Assembly: GCA_021774435.1 (NCBI GenBank)
Contig: JAJFJB010000257.1
Coordinates: forward strand, 168-24,167
Direction: 5' to 3'
Length of the DNA stretch: 24,000 nt
Origin: Alphaproteobacteria bacterium
GTDB taxonomy: Bacteria; Pseudomonadota; Alphaproteobacteria; UBA8366; GCA-2717185
The notes below the pieces were generated by a model that saw only the letters and a program-made list of their open reading frames with translations, ran no database searches and was not told where the DNA came from. The translations under genes were made by a program, and so were the position numbers. Each line of letters opens with the position of its first letter. Position 1 is the stretch's first letter. Below are positions 1-6,673 of the stretch, piece by piece.

Positions 1-1
1 A

Positions 2-1198
2 ACAACGTCCTTTGTTTTCGAAGATACGGACCAGGCGGCGGCACTATTCAATCTGGAACGGGCAGGACATGTCTATTCTCGCATTTCCAACCCTACCGTC
101 GCCGTCCTTGAAGAACGCCTCGCAGCGCTCGACGGCGGAGTAGGGGCCGTCTGTACGGCAAGTGGACAGGCAGCACTCCATCTTGCAATCGCGACCTTAA
201 TGGACGCCGGCAGCCACATCGTTGCCTCGGCATCGTTGTATGGCGGGTCGATAAACATGTTTGCCCATACGCTGCCACGATTTGGTATTACCACCACTCT
301 CGTCGACCCGCGTGACCCACAAGCGTTCAAAGACGCGATACGGCCGGAAACAAGACTTATATTTGGTGAGGTGATCGGCAATCCGGGGCTCGAAATTCTG
401 GATGTCGAAACGATCGCCGGTATCGCGCATGACGCCGGTATACCGCTGATGATCGATTCGACCTTCACGCCGCCCGCGCTTTGCCGACCGATCGAGCACG
501 GCGCCGATATCCTCATGCATTCCGCCACAAAATGGCTGGGCGGACATGGCGTTGCGATTGGCGGCGCACTGATTGATGGTGGCCATTTCGATTGGACCGC
601 ATCAGGCCTGTTCCCGCAAATGACAGAACCTTATGCGGGCTATCATGGCATTGTTTTTACGGAGGAATTTGGCCCCGCAGCCTTTATCATGCGGGCCCGA
701 GCTGAAGGATTGCGGGATTTTGGCGCTTGTATGAGCCCGACAACGGCCTTTCACATACTTCAAGGCGTTGAAACATTACCGCTGCGGATTGAACGCCACG
801 TTGCCAACGCCGAAAAGATCGTTGAATTCCTGGATGGTCATGAGATGGTGCCGTGGATCAACTACCCCACGCTGAAGCAGCATCCCGACCATCATCTTGT
901 TGACAAATACCTTCCTAAAGGGGCTGGCTCCATGGTGAGCTTTGGCGTCAAGGGTGGTCGTGCCGCTGGGGCAAAGTTTATAGAATCGCTGGATATTTTT
1001 TCCCATCTTGCAAATGTAGGCGATGCAAAATCGCTCATATTGCATCCCGCCAGTACAACGCATCAGCAAATGAATACGGAACAGCTCGCGGCCGCGGGTG
1101 TTGGCGAGGACATGATCCGTATGTCGGTCGGCCTCGAAGACACAGATGACCTGATCGACGATCTGAAAAAGGCGCTGCGCGCCGCCGGGAGGGTTTAA
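2..1198 (+). CDS. metY: O-acetylhomoserine sulfhydrylase (PLP-dependent Cys/Met metabolism family), 5'-truncated by the window edge
   Basis: The frame of ORF 200..1198 stays open back to base 2 (TTSFVFEDTDQAAALFNLERAGHVYSRISNPTVAVLEERLAALDGG...). PLP-lysine motif HSATKWLGGHG. The C-terminal IRMSVGLEDTDDLIDDL is typical of the family. Confidence 0.9.
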   Translation, partial: TTSFVFEDTDQAAALFNLERAGHVYSRISNPTVAVLEERLAALDGGVGAVCTASGQAALHLAIATLMDAGSHIVASASLYGGSINMFAHTLPRFGITTTLVDPRDPQAFKDAIRPETRLIFGEVIGNPGLEILDVETIAGIAHDAGIPLMIDSTFTPPALCRPIEHGADILMHSATKWLGGHGVAIGGALIDGGHFDWTASGLFPQMTEPYAGYHGIVFTEEFGPAAFIMRARAEGLRDFGACMSPTTAFHILQGVETLPLRIERHVANAEKIVEFLDGHEMVPWINYPTLKQHPDHHLVDKYLPKGAGSMVSFGVKGGRAAGAKFIESLDIFSHLANVGDAKSLILHPASTTHQQMNTEQLAAAGVGEDMIRMSVGLEDTDDLIDDLKKALRAAGRV

Positions 1199-1201
1199 AG
1201 A

Positions 1202-2005
1202 ATGAATTTCTCGGTAAACGGCTCTGATATCTACGCAGCTACCGGCGGCAAGAAATTCGATCCCAATCTCCCTGTCTTGATATTCATCCACGGCGCGGGC
1301 TTTGATCATAGCATCTGGCAACAACAGGCGCGGTACTTCGCGCATCACGGCTATGCCGTTCTCGCTCTCGACCTGCCGGGGCATGGCGCTAGCGTCGGAG
1401 ATGCCATTTCGAGCGTCGAAGCGCTCAGCGACTGGATCGGAGGCGCCATTGAGGCAACAGGTGCGGCCTCCGCATCCCTCATCGGACACTCGATGGGTGC
1501 GCTTGCCGTGCTTGAGACAGCAGCCCGCCATCCTGGAAAAGTCGATAAACTTGCCTTGCTCGGAGTCGCAGCCAAAATGCCGGTTCATCCCGAGTTATTA
1601 GATGCTGCCAACGCCAATAATCATAAGGCAATCGAACTGATAGCGGGCTGGGGACACGGTGCCCGCGCCCACAGAGGCGGCAATATCGCATCTGGTGTCT
1701 GGCTAATGCAGGCCGCGACGCGGTTGCTCGAACGTGCGGCACCGGGCGTGCTGGGAAATGATCTCACCGCATCCGATGCTTATAAGGCCGCTGTTTCGGC
1801 AGCCGGAAAGGTTCAATGCCCAACGCTGCTTCTGCTCGGCGGACAGGACAAGATGACACCGGTGAAAGCAGCGGCGCCCCTAACCGAAGCGATCCAAAAT
1901 AACGCAAAGGTCGTTCTTCAGGATGCGGGACATATGATGATGGTCGAAGCTCCGGGGGCAACGCTGGATGCACTAATCGACTTTCTGGGCCGGTCACCAT
2001 CGTGA
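1202..2005 (+). CDS. alpha/beta-fold serine hydrolase, unknown substrate
   Basis: HGAGFDHSIW oxyanion region, nucleophile elbow GHSMGA and C-terminal DAGHMMMVE histidine. GGGAGGG Shine-Dalgarno lies ~9 nt upstream. The start is 3 nt after the metY stop. Confidence 0.8.
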   Translation: MNFSVNGSDIYAATGGKKFDPNLPVLIFIHGAGFDHSIWQQQARYFAHHGYAVLALDLPGHGASVGDAISSVEALSDWIGGAIEATGAASASLIGHSMGALAVLETAARHPGKVDKLALLGVAAKMPVHPELLDAANANNHKAIELIAGWGHGARAHRGGNIASGVWLMQAATRLLERAAPGVLGNDLTASDAYKAAVSAAGKVQCPTLLLLGGQDKMTPVKAAAPLTEAIQNNAKVVLQDAGHMMMVEAPGATLDALIDFLGRSPS

Positions 2006-2436
2006 ACGAGCTGCAGGAGCCGTCGCGGGCAGAATTTAAGCGCTTCCTTGCCATTCCAACGCGTTGGCAGGATTGCGACGTCTACGGACACGTCAACAAC
2101 GTGGTCTATTATTCATATTTCGACACGGCGGTAACCGGACATCTCGTTGCAGAAGGCGGACTGAAGCCGATGGAGGCACCTGTCATCGGTGTCGTTGTCG
2201 AAACACGGTGCCAGTTTCGCCAGGAACTCAATTTTCCGGATACCATCGACGCCGGCATAAAGGTCGTTCGGCTTGGTACCAGCAGCGTCAGCTATGAGAT
2301 CGGATTGTTTCGCCAATGCGAAGAGAAACCGGCTGCCTTTGGACATTTCGTGCATGTCTGGATCAACCGGGAAAGCCGACGGCCTGAAGCTGTTCCGGCT
2401 GCGATACGGAAAGCCCTCGAACCGCTTTGCGTTTGA
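2002..2436 (+). CDS. hotdog-fold acyl-CoA thioesterase (4HBT/YbgC-like)
   Basis: N-terminal WQDCDVYGHVNNVVYYSYFD motif has the same pattern as the YbgC at 22378 ([18 protein letters not shown]). The GTG start overlaps the hydrolase stop (GTGA). Confidence 0.75.
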   Translation: MNELQEPSRAEFKRFLAIPTRWQDCDVYGHVNNVVYYSYFDTAVTGHLVAEGGLKPMEAPVIGVVVETRCQFRQELNFPDTIDAGIKVVRLGTSSVSYEIGLFRQCEEKPAAFGHFVHVWINRESRRPEAVPAAIRKALEPLCV

Positions 2437-2453
2437 GTTCAATTCAGAAAAGC

Positions 2454-2497
2454 AAAGAGCGCGATACCAATTAGATACCGCGCCCTCGAAGGCTTTC
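2454..2497 (-). terminator. candidate intrinsic terminator downstream of the sHSP gene
   Basis: Minus-strand RNA GAGGGCGCG-(15 nt loop)-CGCGCUCUU gives a 9-bp stem with 2 G-U pairs, followed by a U-rich UGCUUUUCUG. The loop is long, so this is only moderate. Confidence 0.4.
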
Positions 2498-2509
2498 TAG
2501 TTCTAGCGT

Positions 2510-2965
2510 TTAGGCTGCTTTATTGCCAATCGACTTCACATTGTGATTGATCGCGATGTTCCGTGGCTTCATGGCCTCCGGCACCTCGCGGACCAGATCG
2601 ACGTGGAGTAGACCGTTCACGAGATCAGCGCCAGCCACCTTGATGTGGTCGGCAAGATTGAAGCGTCGTTCGAAGGCGCGCTCGGCGATCCCACGATGCA
2701 GGTATTGCTTTTCCTCTTCTGCGTTCTCGGTTTTCTCGACACGTCCTGTGATGGTCAGTTGGTTTTCTTTAACCTGCACATCCAGGTCGGTCTCCGCAAA
2801 CCCTGCGACAGCCATCGTAATACGATAGGAGTCTTCATCGACCTTTTCGATGTTGTAGGGCGGGTAGGTTGGCGCTTGATCCGCGGCGACGCCGTCCATA
2901 AGACGAGCCATACGGTCAAAACCAACAGAATTACGGAATAGGGGAGTCATATCGAAAGTACGCAT
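2510..2965 (-). CDS. ibpA: small heat-shock protein, IbpA/Hsp20 (alpha-crystallin) family
   Basis: MRTFDMTPLFRNSVGFDRM...PPYNIEKVDEDSYRITMAVAGF...GIAERAFERRF...VNGLLHVDL is nearly colinear with E. coli IbpA as I remember it. I place the start at the third codon of the ORF-track call (ATG at 2965), because AAGGAGGA lies 8 nt upstream of it and only 2 nt from the first ATG. Confidence 0.9.
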   Translation of the reverse strand: MRTFDMTPLFRNSVGFDRMARLMDGVAADQAPTYPPYNIEKVDEDSYRITMAVAGFAETDLDVQVKENQLTITGRVEKTENAEEEKQYLHRGIAERAFERRFNLADHIKVAGADLVNGLLHVDLVREVPEAMKPRNIAINHNVKSIGNKAA

Positions 2966-3065
2966 TGCCATATCCTCCTTGTAAGCGACATGGGTTTCCG
3001 GGGTCTGCCATCATGGCCAAACCCATCCAATTAGCGCTTTGGACCCGACAATCGGCGTCCGGCGC
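2966..3065 (-). promoter_or_regulatory. ROSE-like RNA thermometer in the sHSP 5' UTR
   Basis: mRNA-sense 5'-CCAUGUC(G)CUU-ACAAG-GAGGAUAUGG-3' (2968..2993) forms a 10-bp hairpin. It pairs UCGCU (the ROSE U[U/C]GCU signature) with the Shine-Dalgarno and leaves one bulged G; the first AUG is also in the stem. Two further hairpins lie upstream: GGACGCCGA-UUG-UCGGGUCC at 3041..3060 and GGGUUU...AAACCC at 2992..3024. Confidence 0.6.
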
Positions 3066-3069
3066 ATCC

Positions 3070-3100
3070 CGTATGTATGCAGCAATCAGGGGACTTCAAG
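3070..3100 (-). promoter_or_regulatory. candidate promoter of the sHSP gene (heat-shock or sigma70-like)
   Basis: Minus-strand CTTGAAG (3094..3100), 17 nt after the CTTG core, then CATACAT (3073..3079). This resembles the CTTG-N17-CYTATNT RpoH-type consensus (5/7 in the -10) or TTGAAG-N16-TACATA. Confidence 0.35.
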
Positions 3101-3142
3101 TGCCTCCCAAAGGTAACAAATAGCGTGTGAGTTTTTTCTGAA

Positions 3143-3157
3143 TTAACCATATCTTAC
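3143..3157. promoter_or_regulatory. CtrA-box-like site TTAA-N7-TTAC upstream of rcdA
   Basis: TTAACCATATCTTAC has one mismatch to TTAA-N7-TTAA. It lies ~90 nt upstream of the rcdA start, in an AT-rich divergent region. Confidence 0.3.
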
Positions 3158-3244
3158 AGTTAGATAGAATTCTGAAACAAAATATGGTAGGTTTTGCGCA
3201 TCATATTGATTAAGCATTTCATGGCAATTTAAGAAATTTTAGGC

Positions 3245-3745
3245 ATGTCTGACACATTAAGGACTACATACTTTTCCGCCTTGCATGACGAAGCCTATGC
3301 GTTACTCGTCGAAGCGCGCAACTATATCGTAGCGCTCCGCCTGCAGGGAAATGACGGTTCTCAAAAGAATAGCGATTACCTGGATGTCACATTGGAGACA
3401 ATGCGACTTACGACCCGGCTAACCCAGGTCATGGCCTGGATCTTGGCCCAAAAAGCGGTACAGAACGACGAAATTTCCCCTGAGGAGGGTGCGTCAAAGC
3501 GCTATCGTCTATCTGGTCAGACGGTATGCATGGACAATGTGTCAGGGCAATCGGCGCATTTGCCACCCTATCTTCGCGATCTCATGGCGCGGAGTTATGA
3601 CTTATATTGCCGTGTCGACCGATTGGAACATCAGATCTGCAATCGGTTGAAATCCGGTGCGTTAGAAGCAAATAGCGTCCTACCGGAAGGACCCTACTTG
3701 CGGCCAGTTAGGACTTCAGACCAAAACCCTCAAACCGCTTGTTGA
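3245..3745 (+). CDS. rcdA: RcdA-like protein (regulator of CtrA degradation, DUF1465 family)
   Basis: Core [31 protein letters not shown]...RYRL matches my recollection of the conserved core of Caulobacter RcdA (..MRLTTRLMQ..W..QRAV..). Size (166 aa) also fits. Confidence 0.75.
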   Translation: MSDTLRTTYFSALHDEAYALLVEARNYIVALRLQGNDGSQKNSDYLDVTLETMRLTTRLTQVMAWILAQKAVQNDEISPEEGASKRYRLSGQTVCMDNVSGQSAHLPPYLRDLMARSYDLYCRVDRLEHQICNRLKSGALEANSVLPEGPYLRPVRTSDQNPQTAC

Positions 3746-3932
3746 ACTTGGCGAGCTGACCGCCAGAGTCGATCAAGCGATGCACACCCGTCCAAGCGGG
3801 ATGCGACGTCGGGTCGATATCGAGTTTCATCGTGGCACCCGGCTCGCCCCAGGTCGAACGGGTTTTATAGGTCGTACCATCCGTCATTTCGATGGTGATT
3901 TCATGATAAACGGGATGGATGTCTTTCTTCAC
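3708..3932 (-). CDS. rpmE: 50S ribosomal protein L31 (Cys-less, non-zinc form)
   Basis: [27 protein letters not shown]...HPAWTG...[13 protein letters not shown] start with AGGAG 8 nt upstream. There are no CxxC motifs. Confidence 0.95.
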   Translation of the reverse strand: MKKDIHPVYHEITIEMTDGTTYKTRSTWGEPGATMKLDIDPTSHPAWTGVHRLIDSGGQLAKFNKRFEGFGLKS

Positions 3933-3962
3933 GATCTTACTCCTGGTGGAAGGCGTGCGCGG

Positions 3963-3991
3963 GTATAACCGAAACCTGCCCCTGAACGCAA
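3963..3991 (-). promoter_or_regulatory. candidate sigma70-type promoter of rpmE
   Basis: Minus-strand TTGCGT (3986..3991)-N17-TTATAC (3963..3968), in the 77-nt gap after the upstream gene. Confidence 0.3.
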
Positions 3992-4009
3992 GTGGTTAAG
4001 CTAATACCT

Positions 4010-5275
4010 CTAGCGCTGATCGAGCTTTAGTTCGATGCGGCGGTTGCGACGATAAGCGAATTCGTCATTGCGCGGATCAAGGGGCTGAAACTCGCCAAAT
4101 CCGGCGGCGGCAAACCGGCTTGCTGGAATTCCTTGCGATGCGAGAAATTTTACCACGGATATCGCTCGCGCGGTGGATAGTTCCCAGTTCGACGGAAACC
4201 GGCGCGTCTTGATGGGCACACGGTCCGTATGTCCGTCAACACGAAGGATCCAATTGATATCAGACGGAATTTTACGCGTGATTTCGAGCAGCGTTTTTCC
4301 GAGCTTCGCCATTTGCAATTTTCCAATTGGCGCTAATTCGTCCGACCCCGATGCAAAAAGCACCTCCGATTGAAACACGAAACGATCGCCAACGATTTGA
4401 ATATCACGGCGATTGCCAAGCACCTGCCGCAACCGGCCAAAGAACTCGGAACGGTACCGTGCGAGTTCTTGCACCTTGCTCGCCAAGGCTGCATTCAGTC
4501 TTTGCCCCAAATTCGCAATTTTAACTTGCGATTCCTTATCGCGGACTTCCGAAGCCTCTAGCGCCTCGTTCAGCGTCGCCACCTGTCGGCGCAGGGCTGC
4601 GAGTTGCCGATTCAACAACGCGACCTGCGCTTTAGCTGCCAAAGAAATCTTGCGCTCTTCGCCGAGCGACTTTGCGCTCGACTCGGCATCCCGAACCGCC
4701 TTGTCGACGCGCTTTGTCAGTTCGTCACGCAGGGCCTGCAACGCGACGATATCTTGCTGAAGCGAGGCAAGTTTCTTCAGTTGAACTTCGATCTTCTCCT
4801 TATCGACGGAAATCGTTCTATTCGCATCTTCGAGGTTCTTATAAGTATTTTCCAATTCTCCGGACAAAGCCCCGCGTTCCGCAATGAGCGCATCACGTTC
4901 CGCTCGAACGTCCACCAGATCCGCCTGCACCGTTTTGAGGCTTTCCTGCACACCAAGCAGCGTACTGAGTTGCGTCGACAAATTGTCCCGTTCGGCTAGG
5001 GAGCTTTGCAACTCCGCTGATATCTGAGCCACATTGTTGCGAAGGTCGCGGCTTGCCCTCCGCTCAAGCGATAGCAACTCGGCTAACTCTGAGATTTGTG
5101 CATTCAGCTTGTCGAGCGCGCGGTCTCGGCCGACCAGCGCATCATTGAGGTAAAATTGCGCGACGACGAAGATCATCAACAGGAATATGATCACCATCAG
5201 CAACGTCGCCAGAGCGTCGACAAATCCGGGCCAAATATTCACGGCACTGCGACCCCGACGGGCTTGAGCCAACAT
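4010..5275 (-). CDS. MotB-type stator B subunit: N-terminal Asp-bearing TM helix, ~230-aa coiled coil, C-terminal OmpA/MotB peptidoglycan-binding domain
   Basis: NIWPGFVD(20)ALATLLMVIIFLLMIFVV parallels TolR TPFVDVMLVLLIVFMV in this window. Residues ~50-280 are heptad-like and rich in L/A/E/R/Q. C-terminal RVDGHTDRVP...SNWELSTARAISV...RRNRRIELK is an OmpA_C-like domain. Confidence 0.85.
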   Translation of the reverse strand: MLAQARRGRSAVNIWPGFVDALATLLMVIIFLLMIFVVAQFYLNDALVGRDRALDKLNAQISELAELLSLERRASRDLRNNVAQISAELQSSLAERDNLSTQLSTLLGVQESLKTVQADLVDVRAERDALIAERGALSGELENTYKNLEDANRTISVDKEKIEVQLKKLASLQQDIVALQALRDELTKRVDKAVRDAESSAKSLGEERKISLAAKAQVALLNRQLAALRRQVATLNEALEASEVRDKESQVKIANLGQRLNAALASKVQELARYRSEFFGRLRQVLGNRRDIQIVGDRFVFQSEVLFASGSDELAPIGKLQMAKLGKTLLEITRKIPSDINWILRVDGHTDRVPIKTRRFPSNWELSTARAISVVKFLASQGIPASRFAAAGFGEFQPLDPRNDEFAYRRNRRIELKLDQR

Positions 5276-5326
5276 CGGTCAGCGCCCTTTACCGCGTATC
5301 GCGTTATTCACGCCAAGCTCCCAAAT

Positions 5327-6484
5327 TTATCGCTCAGGTTCTTCAGCCAGGGCCGCAATGGTACGCGCCAACAACCTGATTTCACTGCGAATTTCCTGAA
5401 CCGTATCGGCCCGGCCAGGCGCCATATCATCATGAATGCGGCTCAAATAGGCCTCGATATTGCGAAGATAGGCCTGCGTGACTTCATCGGAGCCAGAGCG
5501 GCCTTCAGCTTCCGCTAGCTTTGCTAGAACCGGTGTCAGTTCCGACTGGCTTTCCGCAAGCTTCATCATCAGCTTTTGTTCCGTCGCCATCTGGTTCGAC
5601 AGGGCACCGATACGTTCCGTCAGCTCATAAATATTACGGCTGTAGTCGGTCCTATTCTCTTCACTTCGCGCCATCGCCCGCTGCATGCCTTCCAGACCGT
5701 CGGCGGTCTGCTCCAGCAGTGCCTGAATGTACGCCGGAACCGACTGGTCGCCGCCCTCTATACCGCCTATCGCACCACTGCCAAGCCGTGTCAGGCTCGA
5801 CAGCCATTCTTCAAGCTCATTGTAGAAACGATTTTGCGCCTGTCCTGCTTGCAGTTCCAAAAAACCCAGGACGAGTGAACCCGCAAGGCCAAACAAGGAG
5901 GAGCTGAATGCCGTTCCCATGCCCGAAATTGGCGCCTGCAGTCCTTGCTTCAAATCGTTAAAGGCGGCGTTCAGATCGTTGCCGGCGATATTCAGGCCAC
6001 CAACGACGCTGCCTACCGCTTGTACGGTTTCCAACAAGCCCCAGAAGGTCCCGAGCAACCCCAGGAAGACCAGTAGCCCGATCATGTAACGGGAAATTTC
6101 CCGGCTCTCGTCCAAGCGTGCCGCGATGCCGTCCAACAACGTTCGCATGGCAACCGTCGACAAGCTGATCCGTTCGGAACTTTCGCCAAGCATCGTTGCC
6201 ATCGGCGCCAGAAGGCGGGGCGTGGCCGCACCGGTGACGACCATGCTTTCCCGGCGAAAACTCTCAATCCATACAATTTCACTGCGCAGCATCGTTACCG
6301 TTCTAAAGGCGTGGATGATGCCAATTAGCAAAACGCCAAGAATGACACCATTCAGGACGGTATTTGCTACAAACGCTGCCCGCAATGCCGGGAATAACAG
6401 GGCAACTGTCGCCGCGACAACAGCTAGAAAGAATGCCATGCGCGTGAGGAAACGCGAGGGCTGAGACACGCGCTGTACCTCCAT
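5327..6484 (-). CDS. MotA/TolQ/ExbB-family proton-channel protein with a ~160-aa helical C-terminal tail
   Basis: Four hydrophobic helices in MotA order. Channel-core motifs LGLLGTFWGLLETV and GMGTAFSSSLFGLAGSLVLGF parallel TolQ FIGLFGTVYGIMNSF / ALFATALGLVAAIP. I prefer the ATG at 6484 (GGAG 6 nt upstream) over the TTG at 6499 used by the ORF track. Confidence 0.85.
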   Translation of the reverse strand: MEVQRVSQPSRFLTRMAFFLAVVAATVALLFPALRAAFVANTVLNGVILGVLLIGIIHAFRTVTMLRSEIVWIESFRRESMVVTGAATPRLLAPMATMLGESSERISLSTVAMRTLLDGIAARLDESREISRYMIGLLVFLGLLGTFWGLLETVQAVGSVVGGLNIAGNDLNAAFNDLKQGLQAPISGMGTAFSSSLFGLAGSLVLGFLELQAGQAQNRFYNELEEWLSSLTRLGSGAIGGIEGGDQSVPAYIQALLEQTADGLEGMQRAMARSEENRTDYSRNIYELTERIGALSNQMATEQKLMMKLAESQSELTPVLAKLAEAEGRSGSDEVTQAYLRNIEAYLSRIHDDMAPGRADTVQEIRSEIRLLARTIAALAEEPER

Positions 6485-6595
6485 CGCAATCTCCGTCAAA
6501 CGCTAGGGGGTGGATCGAATGCCATTATGGCGAATTCAGTGCGAGAGTTAACCGCTTTGATGCATCAACCTGCAAATAAACGCTATCACCGTGAC

Positions 6596-6617
6596 AAAAA
6601 AACGGCCACCCAATGGC
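6596..6617 (-). terminator. weak candidate intrinsic terminator after the Pro-rich OmpA-like gene
   Basis: Minus-strand GCCA-UUGGG-UGGC followed by CG and U7. The stem is only 4 bp, so support is weak. Confidence 0.3.
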
Positions 6618-6673
6618 ATTTACAAGCCAAAGCGCTGTAATTCCACGAAACAAGCGACGACGATCGCCCAATC

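Noticed and set aside
776-1588. 270-aa minus-strand ORF spanning the metY/hydrolase junction.
   Set aside because: It is entirely antisense to two well-supported plus-strand genes. Its composition is R/G/C-rich with no recognisable motif, which is typical of a shadow ORF in moderately GC-rich coding DNA.
3100-3244. Sharply AT-rich stretch that might be a genomic-island junction or att site.
   Set aside because: There is no tRNA, integrase or direct repeat, and both flanks are conserved core genes. It is better explained as a divergent promoter region for the sHSP gene and rcdA.
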